Shown here: positions 53,227-63,081 of the stretch, in pieces
How the letters are laid out: every line of letters starts with the position of its first letter
Position numbering within the stretch: the first letter of the stretch is position 1
Origin: Tagaea sp.
GTDB taxonomy: Bacteria; Pseudomonadota; Alphaproteobacteria; CACIAM-22H2
Length of the DNA stretch: 64,000 nt
Direction of reading: 5' to 3'
Assembly (NCBI GenBank): GCA_965279525.1
Contig: CBDIIB010000004.1
Location: forward strand, 704,001-768,000
The notes under the pieces: model-generated
Told to the model about the DNA's origin: nothing
Seen by the model: the letters and a program-made list of their open reading frames with translations, nothing else
Database searches by the model: none
Made by a program: the position numbers and the translations under genes

Positions 53227-53663
53227 AGGGCGCCGGCGGCCTGTTTGCGCCGATGCATGTTGAGGCTCATCTCGTCCATCGCGATCGTGTCCTTGCGCTC
53301 GAACTCCGCCTTCGCGGACTTGATCCGCAGGTCGAGCGCGATCTCGTAGCGCTTGAGGTCCTGGAAGGCTTCGGAGACGGCCTGCCTTGCCTCCTCGAGC
53401 ATCGGCTGCATGCCGGCGATCTGCGCTTCGATCCGTTCGCGTCGCTCGATCACGCCGCGCGCGTACCCGGTATAGGCGAAGGCGCCGAATTCCATCGAGC
53501 GGGCGTTCTGCTGCTCCTGCACCTTTTCGACCTCGAGCGCGTCGAGCCGCTTGCGCAGCTCGTCTTCCTGGCGTTCGAGTTCGTTGAGTTCGCGCCGCTT
53601 CTCGTTCAGGTTCGCGTCGGCGAGCCGGATCAGCGACGTCAGGCCCTTGTTCTTGGCGGCCAT
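53223..53663 (-). CDS. fliJ: flagellar export chaperone FliJ
   Basis: Coiled-coil protein after fliI; AFQDLKRYE and MDE motifs. Confidence 0.85.
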   Translation of the reverse strand: MAAKNKGLTSLIRLADANLNEKRRELNELERQEDELRKRLDALEVEKVQEQQNARSMEFGAFAYTGYARGVIERRERIEAQIAGMQPMLEEARQAVSEAFQDLKRYEIALDLRIKSAKAEFERKDTIAMDEMSLNMHRRKQAAGAL

Positions 53664-53671
53664 CTACCGGC

Positions 53672-55039
53672 TCAGACCGCGTGCGCGGCTTCTTCGGGCA
53701 CGTCGCCGGCCGCGGTCGGATCCGGCATGCCGAGAATCTCGGCGAGCATGCGGTACCCGTCGGGAAGCAGTGCCCGGTCGCGCTTGCCCTGCTTCAGGAA
53801 GGCCTCGATCTCGGGACTGTAATGGATCGCCTCGTCGACCAGCGGATCGGAACCACGCCGGTAGGCGCCGAGCCGGATCATTTCGGCCATGTCGTCGTAC
53901 TGCGACATCAGCTGGCGCGCGCGCGAAACGACGGCGTTCTCGCTGGGCGTATTGCAGCCCGGCATGGTTCGCGACACCGAACGCAGCACGTTGATTGCGG
54001 GATAGCGGCCGCGCTCGCCGATGGCGCGTTCCAGCACGATGTGGCCGTCGACGATGCCGCGCACCGCGTCGGAAATCGGTTCGTTGGTGTCGTCGCCCTC
54101 GACCAGCACCGTGAACAGGCCCGTGATGCTGCCCTGACCGATGCCGGGGCCGGCGCGTTCGAGCAGGCGCGGCAGTTCGGCGAAGACGGACGGCGTATAG
54201 CCCTTCGAAGCCGGCGGTTCGCCGGCGGACAAACCGATCTCGCGCTGCGCCATCGCGAAACGCGTGACGGAATCCATCAGGCACAGCACGTCGCGGTCCT
54301 GGTCGCGGAAATATTCGGCGATCGCCAGCGTCAGATACGCCGCCTGGCGGCGCATCAGCGGGCTTTCGTCGCCCGTCGCGACGACCACAACCGAGCGCGC
54401 GAGGCCCTCGGGACCCAGATCGTCCTGGATGAATTCCTGCACTTCGCGGCCGCGTTCGCCGATCAGGCCGATCACGACGACGTCGGCTGCCGTGAAGCGC
54501 GTCATCATCGACATGACGGACGACTTGCCCACGCCCGAGCCTGCGAAGATGCCCATGCGCTGCCCGCGGCAGCAGGTAAGGAACGTGTTGATCGCCCGGA
54601 TGCCCAGATCGATCTTGCCGCGCACGCGCTGGCGCTTGTGGGCGGACGGCGGCGAGGCCTTGATCGTGTAGGGTGCCGGCCCCATCGCCAGCGGCCCCTT
54701 GCCGTCGACCGGCTCGCCCAGCGCGTTGACGACGCGCCCGAGCCAGCCCTTGTGCGGATAGACGACCGGATCGGAGTCCGCGATCTCTGCGCGACTGCCC
54801 ACGCCGATGCCGTCGACGGTGCCGAAGGCCATCAGCAATGCGCGTCCCTGGCGGAAACCGACCACTTCGCAAGGCACGCGGCGGCGATCGCGGGTGGAAA
54901 CGAAACAGCGCGAGCCGACGGCGAGCATGTCCTCGACGCCGCCGATCTCGACGAGCATGCCTTGAATCGCCGAAACGCGGCCGAAGTAGCGGTAATTCGG
55001 AATTCGGTCGACCGAAGCGATCAGCTCGTGCGCGGACAT
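53672..55039 (-). CDS. fliI: flagellar export ATPase FliI
   Basis: [39 protein letters not shown]. Confidence 0.95.
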   Translation of the reverse strand: MSAHELIASVDRIPNYRYFGRVSAIQGMLVEIGGVEDMLAVGSRCFVSTRDRRRVPCEVVGFRQGRALLMAFGTVDGIGVGSRAEIADSDPVVYPHKGWLGRVVNALGEPVDGKGPLAMGPAPYTIKASPPSAHKRQRVRGKIDLGIRAINTFLTCCRGQRMGIFAGSGVGKSSVMSMMTRFTAADVVVIGLIGERGREVQEFIQDDLGPEGLARSVVVVATGDESPLMRRQAAYLTLAIAEYFRDQDRDVLCLMDSVTRFAMAQREIGLSAGEPPASKGYTPSVFAELPRLLERAGPGIGQGSITGLFTVLVEGDDTNEPISDAVRGIVDGHIVLERAIGERGRYPAINVLRSVSRTMPGCNTPSENAVVSRARQLMSQYDDMAEMIRLGAYRRGSDPLVDEAIHYSPEIEAFLKQGKRDRALLPDGYRMLAEILGMPDPTAAGDVPEEAAHAV

Positions 55040-55065
55040 TCGGCGGGCAGCTCCGGAATAGGTCG

Positions 55066-55261
55066 AATTCGAGTCAAATTCGAGTCGAAAGCGACTTTAC
55101 CCAAGCTTGATTAATGATCTGTAAAGATATGTACAGTTCGTTGATTTAACATGGTTAATCGGTTTATTTCCGCACTATTTCCGGATGCAATCAGATGCTC
55201 GGCAATTCGTTAATTCTGCCTGTTTCGCGGCACCGGCGCGTGTTAACTTATTAACGTTAAC
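55066..55261. promoter_or_regulatory. fliI/ctrA divergent promoter region with CtrA-type sites and tandem GANTC
   Basis: TTAA-N7-TAAA at 55111-55125, ATGGTTAA (reverse TTAACCAT half-site) at 55151-55158, TTAA cluster 55243-55261; AATTCGAGTC at 55066 and 55077. Confidence 0.7.
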
Positions 55262-55273
55262 CCGGAGGCGCCC

Positions 55274-55969
55274 ATGCGCGTTTTGTTGGTTGAGGACGAT
55301 CAGGCCACTTCCCGCTCGATCGAGCTGATGCTCAAGCAGGAAGGATTCGTCTGCGACACCACCGATATGGGCGAAGACGGCCTCGAGATCGGCAAGCTCT
55401 ACGATTACGACATCATCATCCTCGACCTGATGCTGCCCGACATGGACGGCTACGAGGTCCTGCGCCGCTTCCGGGCCGGCCGCATCAAGACGCCGATCCT
55501 GATCCTGTCCGGCCTCACCGAGCTCGATGCCAAGATCAAAGGCCTCGGCTTCGGCGCCGACGACTACCTGACGAAGCCGTTCGACAAGCGCGAACTCGTC
55601 GCACGCATCCACGCGATCGTGCGCCGCGCCAAGGGCCACTCGCAGTCGGTCATCAAGACCGGCAAGCTCGTCGTCAATCTCGAGGCGCGCACCGTCGAGG
55701 CGGGCGCGCGACCGCTGCACCTGACCGGCAAGGAATACGCGATCCTCGAACTCCTCAGCCTGCGCAAGGGCACGACGCTGACCAAGGAGATGTTCCTCAA
55801 CCATCTCTACGGCGGGATCGACGAGCCGGAGCTGAAGATCATCGACGTGTTCGTGTGCAAGCTGCGCAAGAAGCTGTCGACGGCCTGCGACGGCGAGAAC
55901 TACATCGAGACGGTCTGGGGACGCGGCTATGTGCTGCGTGATCCGCCGGCCAAAGGCAAGGCGGCCTAG
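55274..55969 (+). CDS. ctrA: cell cycle response regulator CtrA
   Basis: MRVLLVEDD...[14 protein letters not shown]...[34 protein letters not shown]...IETVWGRGY. Confidence 0.97.
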   Translation: MRVLLVEDDQATSRSIELMLKQEGFVCDTTDMGEDGLEIGKLYDYDIIILDLMLPDMDGYEVLRRFRAGRIKTPILILSGLTELDAKIKGLGFGADDYLTKPFDKRELVARIHAIVRRAKGHSQSVIKTGKLVVNLEARTVEAGARPLHLTGKEYAILELLSLRKGTTLTKEMFLNHLYGGIDEPELKIIDVFVCKLRKKLSTACDGENYIETVWGRGYVLRDPPAKGKAA

Positions 55970-56802
55970 ACCGCCTTCGCCGCTCCGCCAGGCGCCACGA
56001 CCTGGTAGATTCCGCGCTGGGCCGGCATCGGCTGGAAGCGCTCGGTGACGCCAAGCACGGTTTCGGCACCGCCGAGATACAGCAGCCCGTCTGCAGGCAG
56101 CAGCTTGGCCATGCGGTCGAGGATCGTGCCCTTGGTCTTCTGGTCGAAATAGATCAGCACGTTGCGGCAGAAAATCACGTCGAAGCTGCCGAGCGACGCG
56201 AACTCCGTGAGCAGGTTGAAGCTGCGATACTGCACGGCCGAGCGGATCTCGGGCGCGATCTGCCACTTGTCGCCCTGCTGCTTGAAATACTTCACCAGAA
56301 GCTGGATCGGCAGGCCGCGCTGCACCTCGAACTGCGTATAGAGGCCGGACTTGGCCCGCTCGAGCGCGTCGTGGCTGATGTCGGTCCCGACGATCTCGAC
56401 GCGCCAGCCGGCGAGCTTCGCCGCTTCTTCCTTGAGGATCATCGCCAGCGTATAGGGCTCCTGCCCTGTCGACGCGGCGGCGCACCAGATGCGGAAGCTC
56501 TTCTTGGCGGCCCGCGACTGCAGCAGGCCGGGCAGCACGAGCTGGCGGAACTGGTCGAACGGCTTGCCGTCGCGGAAGAAGAACGACTCGTTCGTCATCA
56601 TCGCGTCGACGATGTCGCGCTGCAGGTCGCTCGTGCGTGCGCTGCGCAGCTGGCCGACAAGCAGATCGATGTTCGCGACATTGTACTTGCGCGCGAGCGG
56701 CGCCAGACGGCTTTCGATCAGGTACATCTTGTCCGGGCCGAGCACGAGGCCGGTCTGGTCGTAGATGTACTTCGTGAAGAAGGCGAAATCGTCGGGCTTC
56801 AC
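55966..56802 (-). CDS. cheR: chemotaxis methyltransferase CheR
   Basis: [32 protein letters not shown]. Confidence 0.95.
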   Translation of the reverse strand: MKPDDFAFFTKYIYDQTGLVLGPDKMYLIESRLAPLARKYNVANIDLLVGQLRSARTSDLQRDIVDAMMTNESFFFRDGKPFDQFRQLVLPGLLQSRAAKKSFRIWCAAASTGQEPYTLAMILKEEAAKLAGWRVEIVGTDISHDALERAKSGLYTQFEVQRGLPIQLLVKYFKQQGDKWQIAPEIRSAVQYRSFNLLTEFASLGSFDVIFCRNVLIYFDQKTKGTILDRMAKLLPADGLLYLGGAETVLGVTERFQPMPAQRGIYQVVAPGGAAKAV

Positions 56803-57995
56803 GGGCGCCCTCCGGTCAGGCGGACGATCTCGCCCGGAAGCTTGTCGAGCGGCAGGACGGCCGAGCAGATGCCGGCGATCGCCGCCGCACCGGGCATGCC
56901 CCAGACGACGCTGGTGGCCTCGTCCTGTGCTATCACCGTGCCGCCGGCCTCGACGAGCACCTTGCCGCCCTTCGCGCCGTCCGATCCCATGCCGGTCAGC
57001 ACGACGCCGAGCACGGCAGCACCATAGACGGCCGCAAGGCTGCGGAACATCGGATCGACGGCCGGCCTGCAGAAATTCTCGGGCGGCTCCTTGGTGAGAC
57101 GGACGACCTTCTGTCCGCCCTGCACCTCGATCTTCATGTGGTTGTCGCCGGGTGCCAGATAGATGCGGCCGGCTTCGAGCTGCTGGCCATCGACACCCTC
57201 GGCGCAGGGCCGCTTGGCCGTGCGCGTGATGTGCTCGGCAAGGATCGTCGTGAACGTCGCGGGCATGTGCTGCGTGATGCAGATCGGCAGGCGCATCGTC
57301 GCCGGCAGCGACGAAAGCAGCGTGAACAGCGCCTGCGGGCCGCCCGTCGAGCTGCCGATCGCGAGGACCTGGGGCTGCGTGCGCGAAGCCTGACGCAGCA
57401 CGATCGGCGAAGTCGGCGACAGGAGCGAGGCCCGTGTCGGTGCCGCACTCGCCGCGGCCGCGGTCGCCGCGCGCGTGGCCGGCGTGTGCTGGGGTCGCGC
57501 ATCCGGCATGCCCGCCGCCCGGTTGCGGTCGCGCTTGTCGCGCCGGGCGCGGCCGAGCGCCTTCACTTTCTCGGTCAGGTCGCGCTTGAAATCGGCCGAG
57601 GCATTGATGGCGCCGGTCGATGTCGGCTTCGGGATGTAGTCCGCAGCACCCTTCTGCATCGCCTCGATGCTGACCTGCGCGTTGCGCTGCGTCAGGGTCG
57701 AGGCCATGATGATCTTCACGTCGGGCGCCACTTCGAGAAGCTTCGGCAACGCCGTCAACCCGTCCATCACGGGCATCTCGATATCGAGCACGATCACGTC
57801 GACGTCGCTGCGCCCGAGCTGGCCGATGGCGAGCTGTCCGTTGCCGACCGTCGCGACGACCTGGACGCCCGGGTCGGTCTCGAGCGCGCGGGTGATGAGA
57901 CCGCGGATCACGGCCGAATCGTCGACCACCATCACGCGGACCGGCGAAGGGCCGGATGCGCCCGCTGAAACAGATTCGGTCGGAGCCAGCGCCAT
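56799..57995 (-). CDS. cheB: chemotaxis methylesterase CheB
   Basis: Receiver domain plus GSSTGGP, QHMP, GMGSDG, VWGMP. Confidence 0.95.
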   Translation of the reverse strand: MALAPTESVSAGASGPSPVRVMVVDDSAVIRGLITRALETDPGVQVVATVGNGQLAIGQLGRSDVDVIVLDIEMPVMDGLTALPKLLEVAPDVKIIMASTLTQRNAQVSIEAMQKGAADYIPKPTSTGAINASADFKRDLTEKVKALGRARRDKRDRNRAAGMPDARPQHTPATRAATAAAASAAPTRASLLSPTSPIVLRQASRTQPQVLAIGSSTGGPQALFTLLSSLPATMRLPICITQHMPATFTTILAEHITRTAKRPCAEGVDGQQLEAGRIYLAPGDNHMKIEVQGGQKVVRLTKEPPENFCRPAVDPMFRSLAAVYGAAVLGVVLTGMGSDGAKGGKVLVEAGGTVIAQDEATSVVWGMPGAAAIAGICSAVLPLDKLPGEIVRLTGGRP

Positions 57996-57996
57996 C

Positions 57997-58362
57997 TCAG
58001 AGAAGGCCGACTTGCAGCAGCTTGGATTCGACGATTTCGCTGTCGAAAGGCTTCATGATGTATTCGTTGGCGCCGGCCTCGATCGCCTGCTGGATCTTGG
58101 TCATCTCGGTCTCGGTCGTGCAGAAGAGCACGATCGGCGCATCGCCACCCGGCGTCGCGCGCAAGGCACGCAGGAACTCGATGCCGTTCATCACCGGCAT
58201 GTTCCAGTCGAGCAGGATCCCGTCCGGCATCGCGCGCTTGCAGGCCTCGAGCGCCAGCTGGCCATCGGCCGCTTCCTCGATCTTGAAACCGAGCGCTTCG
58301 AGAATCCGGCGCGCGACGTTCCGGATCACCCGAGAATCGTCTACCACCAAGAACGACTTCAT
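57997..58362 (-). CDS. cheY: chemotaxis response regulator CheY
   Basis: LVVDDS, LDWNMP, YIMKPF; GGAGG RBS; upstream of cheB and cheR. Confidence 0.9.
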   Translation of the reverse strand: MKSFLVVDDSRVIRNVARRILEALGFKIEEAADGQLALEACKRAMPDGILLDWNMPVMNGIEFLRALRATPGGDAPIVLFCTTETEMTKIQQAIEAGANEYIMKPFDSEIVESKLLQVGLL

Positions 58363-58494
58363 CAACGTCCTCCGTTCCGGCACGAACCCGCCAGGCACCT
58401 GATGCCCCACAGCATAAGGAACCCTTCGAGCGGAACCTTCCCCAAACAGGTATAGCGGACGCGACCGTCCGCGCCAACCTTGGCAGAAACCGAG

Positions 58495-59151
58495 TCAGTC
58501 ATCGCCAAGTGCCGGAAAGGCGACGGAAATTCCGATCATGTCCTTGCCCGGCGCCACGCCGATGCGCCCCCCGAGAGCGCCGGCCAGAATTCGCAGCATT
58601 TCTGCCGGTGCGGCCTTGGCGGAAAGCTCGTCGACCGGAACCTTGCCCGCCAATGTCGCAGACACTTCTTCGAACAGCCGGGCGCCCTGCCCGGTCGCTG
58701 TCGCATCGAGCTTGGCTGCGTTGCCGGATAGCTTCGCATCCAGCCGCACTTCGCCGCCCCGCGGCAAGGCCTCGACCAGCAGGAAAGCGGCCAGGAGTGC
58801 GATCCGCGCGCCCGCACGGCCGGCTGCGGCTTCGATCCCGGGATCGATGGTCCAGGGGCCGGACGCGACCTTTTCCCCGTCGAGCATTCCGGAAAGCAGT
58901 TGTGCCGCTGCGGCAAATGGCGCTCCGGCGGGCAACGTTCCGGCCGTACCGTAGATCGCGCGGAAAACCTGCAACCGGCGGCTTGCCTGGCGGGCGGACT
59001 GGCCGATCAGCCGGACGACATCGGCATCGGCAGCCTGGTCTTCGGTCAGCAGTTCGACCCCGTTGACAGTGGCACCCACGGGCCCGACAAGGTCGTGACT
59101 CATGCGGGCTGCAATCAACTCGACGAGCCTGAGTTCGTTCTTTCCGGTCAT
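58495..59151 (-). CDS. chpT: histidine phosphotransferase ChpT
   Basis: ARMSHDLVGPVGATVNGVELL H-box, LQVFRAIYG, ALPRGG pseudo-CA domain; near ctrA. Confidence 0.88.
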   Translation of the reverse strand: MTGKNELRLVELIAARMSHDLVGPVGATVNGVELLTEDQAADADVVRLIGQSARQASRRLQVFRAIYGTAGTLPAGAPFAAAAQLLSGMLDGEKVASGPWTIDPGIEAAAGRAGARIALLAAFLLVEALPRGGEVRLDAKLSGNAAKLDATATGQGARLFEEVSATLAGKVPVDELSAKAAPAEMLRILAGALGGRIGVAPGKDMIGISVAFPALGDD

Positions 59152-59220
59152 GACCCGGGCAGCCTCGCCCGAAACGGTCCCGGGTTTCAAGTTCGGCAGG
59201 TCCTGGGCTAGGATAATCCC

Positions 59221-59406
59221 ATGCGTCATCTCGTCCCCGGAGACTATGTGCGCCATCCCGATTGTCCCGATTGGGGCATCGGACAGGTCCAGTCGGCGAT
59301 TGCCGGTCGCGTTACCGTCAATTTCGAGCACCGGGGCAAGCTGCTGATCGATGCCGATGTCATCGAACTCGAAGCGGTAGACCCGGGCGGTCCGGAAGCG
59401 CTTTGA
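59221..59406 (+). CDS. DUF3553 family small protein
   Basis: VRHPDCPDWGIGQVQS...TVNFEHRGK. Confidence 0.85.
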   Translation: MRHLVPGDYVRHPDCPDWGIGQVQSAIAGRVTVNFEHRGKLLIDADVIELEAVDPGGPEAL

Positions 59407-59799
59407 ATGTATGCTTTCTGCCAATTCAGGACCTTCGCGGTCGCCCTGCTTGCACTTGTCGCACTGGCGCCAGTCGGACCTGCTGCCGCCGCCGATCCTC
59501 GCCGCGGCGAGGAGATCTTCCGCAAGTGCGTCACATGCCACACGCTCGAGGCCGGCGGGCGCAACCGGGTCGGCCCGAGACTGGCCGGGCTCTTCGGCCG
59601 CACGGCCGGCTCGGTCGGCGACTACAGGTATACGGACGCGTTGAAGCGATCGGGCATCGTGTGGAACGACACGACGCTCGATGCCTATCTGAAAGATTCC
59701 GAAGCGTTCGTGCCTGGTACGAAGATGTACGGCGGCCTGACGCTCGATGCCGACCGAGCCGACCTGATCGCCTATTTGCGCCGTGCGACAGCACCCTGA
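59407..59799 (+). CDS. cytochrome c2-like class I cytochrome c
   Basis: Signal peptide, CVTCH heme motif, VGPRLAG, VPGTKM axial Met. Confidence 0.93.
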   Translation: MYAFCQFRTFAVALLALVALAPVGPAAAADPRRGEEIFRKCVTCHTLEAGGRNRVGPRLAGLFGRTAGSVGDYRYTDALKRSGIVWNDTTLDAYLKDSEAFVPGTKMYGGLTLDADRADLIAYLRRATAP

Positions 59800-59889
59800 A
59801 GACCGGCGCCAAGCTACGGCAAATATTGCAAAATCCGGCCGATTGAGTACAATCCGGCCCAATAAATCCGTTCTAGCGGGAGACAAAAA

Positions 59890-60015
59890 ATGCAGTCCAT
59901 GATGCTCGGTTTTGCGGTCGCGATCGTCCTCGCCGTCGGCGCGCATTTCGTGCTCGGCTCGATCCAGACCTCGACGGCGGATCGCTACGCAGCACCCGTC
60001 AGCGTCCGCCTCTGA
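59890..60015 (+). CDS. small membrane or secreted protein (41 aa, not in the ORF track)
   Basis: MQSMMLGFAVAIVLAVGAHFVLGSIQTSTADRYAAPVSVRL; GGGAG RBS; TTGCAA-N16-TACAAT at 59826-59853. Confidence 0.7.
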   Translation: MQSMMLGFAVAIVLAVGAHFVLGSIQTSTADRYAAPVSVRL

Positions 60016-60025
60016 GCCGTCCGGG

Positions 60026-60979
60026 CTATTGCGGCGCCTCGACTTCGGCGCCGGACGCGAGGTCCCAGACCTTCGCCACCTCGTCGTAGCCCGCCGACAC
60101 AGCAAGCCGGCGGCCGGGTACGAACGCGACACCCCAGACGGGCCGTTTGTGGCCCAGAAACTCGCGCATCTGGCGGCCGTCCGCGACCTGCCAGAGCCGC
60201 ATCGTGCGGTCGCCCCCACCGGACAGCACCGTCAGTCCGTCGGCCGAGAGTGCCACCGAGGTGACGAAGCCCCGATGGCCCTCGAGAACGGCTTTCTCGC
60301 GGCGGGCCCCCAGATCCCATAGCCGGACCGTCGCGTCGGTCGACGCGGACGCGGCGAGCCGCCCATCCGCCGACACGGAGACGGCATTCACGCTGTTCGT
60401 GTGCCCCTCCATCAGGGCGAGTTCACGGCCCGTCTCGCTGTCCCACAGCCGCAGGGACAGATCGTAGCTGCCGGAAAGCACCGTGCGTCCGTCCGGCAGG
60501 AACGCGACGGACATGACATTGGCCTTGTGGCCTTCCAGCGTGCGCAGCAACCGGCCAGTCGCGATATCCCACACCGCGATCGTGCGGTCCCAGCTCGCCG
60601 AAACCGCGCGCCTTGCGTCCGGGCTTACGGCCACCGACGCGACATTCGCCTTGTGCCCCTCGAACGTGCGGATCGACCGGCCAGTCTCGATATCCCAAAG
60701 GCGCAGCGTCGTATCCCAGCTTGCCGAAAGCCCGGTGCGGCCGTCCGGCAAAAAAGCGACACCGTTGACCGACGCCTTGTGTTCGTCGAGCACCCGGATC
60801 TCGCGCTGCGTGGCGAGATCCCACACGCGCAGCGAATAGTCCCAAGAGCCGGTCAGCACGCGCGTGCCGTCCGGCGAGACGGCAATGGCGTTGACCATGG
60901 CGCCGTGCCCGGCCATCTCCGCCCGTACCGCCGTTGCGGCGAACAGGACACCCACGAGAACTGCGCCGAATATCCTCAT
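60026..60979 (-). CDS. exported WD40 repeat (7-blade) protein
   Basis: Seven GH...WD-type repeats; signal peptide MRIFGAVLVGVLFAATAVRA. Confidence 0.92.
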   Translation of the reverse strand: MRIFGAVLVGVLFAATAVRAEMAGHGAMVNAIAVSPDGTRVLTGSWDYSLRVWDLATQREIRVLDEHKASVNGVAFLPDGRTGLSASWDTTLRLWDIETGRSIRTFEGHKANVASVAVSPDARRAVSASWDRTIAVWDIATGRLLRTLEGHKANVMSVAFLPDGRTVLSGSYDLSLRLWDSETGRELALMEGHTNSVNAVSVSADGRLAASASTDATVRLWDLGARREKAVLEGHRGFVTSVALSADGLTVLSGGGDRTMRLWQVADGRQMREFLGHKRPVWGVAFVPGRRLAVSAGYDEVAKVWDLASGAEVEAPQ

Positions 60980-61003
60980 CGCCAGAACCGGTCTCCCGAA
61001 ACG

Positions 61004-61036
61004 AAAAAGGCCCGCGCCGATCGCTCGGCGCGGGCC
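61004..61036 (-). terminator. intrinsic terminator after the FDH gamma gene
   Basis: Minus strand GGCCCGCGCCGA-GCGA-TCGGCGCGGGCC followed by TTTTT. Confidence 0.85.
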
Positions 61037-61052
61037 CATTCTAGCCTGCGTA

Positions 61053-62135
61053 TCAGTCGTGGCCCATCTTGTAGGTCGGCATCGCCTGACCCTTGACCTT
61101 GGCGAGCCATACGCCGTGATGTTCCTTCGCCCAGTTCTCGTCGACCTGGCCGGTTCCCATCGCGTCGAAGGCCTGCTCCATCCCGAGCGAGCCGATATAG
61201 ATGTGCGCGATCACGATCGCCGTAAGCACCAAGCCGACGATCGCATGGATCACCTGCATGAGCTGCATCGAGGCGATGTCGCCGAACTGGAAGGGGAACA
61301 GCAGCCAGACGCCCGTGACGCTGAGCGCGACGCCGCCGCCGACGACCGACCAGAAAACGATCTTCTGGCCGGCATTGAACTTGTCGGCCGGCGGATGGAT
61401 GCCCTTCGAGAACAGCCCGCCGCCGACGGCAAGCCACTGCAGGTCGAGCTTCGAGGGGATGTTGTGACGCACCCAGAGCACGAACATCAGCACGATGCCG
61501 AGCATGAATGCGAACGACAGGTAGTTGTGCGCGTACTTCAGCAGCACCGACAGGCTCGTGAACATGTCGGGGCCGAGCAGCGGAAGGAGCAGATAGCGGC
61601 CATAGGTGATGTTGAGCCCCGAAATCGCCAGCACGACGAAAGCGCCGGCCGTCATCCAGTGGACGAAGCGCTCCGTTCCGTTGAAGCGCTCGATCGTCCG
61701 GCCGGAAAGCCCGCCGTCGATCATGATCTTGCCGCGAAGCAGGTAGAACGCGATCAGCGCGCAGCACATGCCCAGGATCAGCCACGAGCCCCAGACGCGG
61801 ACGGGGCCCTTGACCGTCTGGCGCCAGTCGCGGCCGGCCGGCTGGATGAGCGTGGCGGCATTCTGGTCCGGGATCGAGACCCAGCCGCGCGTCGGTGCCA
61901 GTGCGCGGAGCAGTTCGGTGTCGTTCGCCATCAGGCCGGCTTCGGGCCGCTGCGACGGGCTCTGGTAAGCGCCTGCGGCCGGCGGCATCAGGCGCGCGTT
62001 GTCGCTGGTGCTGACCGTCGGCGTCGACGAAGAGTTGACGGGTGCCGGTGCCTGCGCATCGGCCGGACCTGCCGCGAGGAAGCCGATCGCGAATGCGGCC
62101 AGCGCCAGGCTGCGGAATTTCGTGGCGAACGTCAT
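61053..62135 (-). CDS. formate dehydrogenase gamma (cytochrome b) subunit
   Basis: ERFVHWMTA, KYAHNY, KFNAGQK, HIYIGS, WAKEHH; N-terminal periplasmic extension. Confidence 0.93.
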   Translation of the reverse strand: MTFATKFRSLALAAFAIGFLAAGPADAQAPAPVNSSSTPTVSTSDNARLMPPAAGAYQSPSQRPEAGLMANDTELLRALAPTRGWVSIPDQNAATLIQPAGRDWRQTVKGPVRVWGSWLILGMCCALIAFYLLRGKIMIDGGLSGRTIERFNGTERFVHWMTAGAFVVLAISGLNITYGRYLLLPLLGPDMFTSLSVLLKYAHNYLSFAFMLGIVLMFVLWVRHNIPSKLDLQWLAVGGGLFSKGIHPPADKFNAGQKIVFWSVVGGGVALSVTGVWLLFPFQFGDIASMQLMQVIHAIVGLVLTAIVIAHIYIGSLGMEQAFDAMGTGQVDENWAKEHHGVWLAKVKGQAMPTYKMGHD

Positions 62136-62157
62136 GTTGGTTCTCCCCTCTTCCGGC

Positions 62158-62361
62158 CTAGTAGCGCTGGGCCGTGTTGGCGCGATTGGTGAGCGCGTCG
62201 CGGGCCGGTGCCGGGACCTGCTGCGCCTTGCTCACGCTGCGTCCGAGATAGCTTCCTTGCGCGCCTTCCTGCAGGCCGCTTTCGCGGGCGCTGAAGCCGA
62301 TCGCGACGACCAGCAGAACCGTGAAAACCGCCCACATGACCGTTCGTTGACCGCTGGACAT
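62158..62361 (-). CDS. small membrane-anchored FDH-operon accessory protein
   Basis: 67-aa ORF with one TM, between the FDH beta and gamma genes. Confidence 0.65.
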   Translation of the reverse strand: MSSGQRTVMWAVFTVLLVVAIGFSARESGLQEGAQGSYLGRSVSKAQQVPAPARDALTNRANTAQRY

Positions 62362-62465
62362 CGTCTCTAACCCCTGCATGCTTGCCATATGTGCCTGCCC
62401 CCCAGATCAGCCGGCCGCCGGTGCCGCACGCGCGATGGCGTGCGGCACCGGCCGGTCGGCGTGCA

Positions 62466-63062
62466 TCAGGTACGCGAACCTTCGCCGTAGGCCGTCGCCC
62501 AGCCCCAGGCGCCCGAACCGTAACCGCGCGTCGTGACGCGCTCGCGGTAGATGCCCGCGATCACGTCGCCGTCGCCGGCGAGCAGGGCCTTGGTCGAACA
62601 CATCTCGGCGCAGAGCGGCAGCTTGCCTTCGGCCAGACGGTTGCGGCCATACTTGACGAAGCTGGCTTCCGTATTCGACGGCTCGGGGCCGGCGGCGCAG
62701 AAGGTGCACTTGTCCATCTTGCCGCGCGTACCGAAATTGCCCGCCTGCGGATACTGCGGCGCGCCGAACGGGCACGCGTAGAAGCAGTAGCCGCAGCCGA
62801 TGCAGAGGTCCTTGGAGTGCAGGACCACGCCTTCGGCCGTCTTGTAGAAGCAGTCGACCGGGCAGACCGCCATGCACGGCGCGTCGGTGCAGTGCATGCA
62901 GGCCATCGAGATCGAACGCTCGCCGGGCTTGCCGTCGTTGAGGGTGACGACACGCCGACGGTTGATGCCCCACGGCACCTCGTGTTCGTTCTTGCAGGCG
63001 GTGACGCAGGCGTTGCATTCGATGCAACGCTCGGCGTCGAGGAGGAACTTCATACGAGCCAT
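62466..63062 (-). CDS. formate dehydrogenase iron-sulfur (beta) subunit
   Basis: CIECNACVTAC, CMHC...C...C, CIGCGYCFYACP, CTFC; context of FDH alpha and gamma. Confidence 0.94.
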   Translation of the reverse strand: MARMKFLLDAERCIECNACVTACKNEHEVPWGINRRRVVTLNDGKPGERSISMACMHCTDAPCMAVCPVDCFYKTAEGVVLHSKDLCIGCGYCFYACPFGAPQYPQAGNFGTRGKMDKCTFCAAGPEPSNTEASFVKYGRNRLAEGKLPLCAEMCSTKALLAGDGDVIAGIYRERVTTRGYGSGAWGWATAYGEGSRT

Positions 63063-63081
63063 GTCAATCGCTCCCTAGCCC

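Noticed and set aside
58415-58442. Alphaproteobacterial LexA box upstream of cheY
   Set aside because: GAAC half-sites are spaced by 10 nt rather than 7
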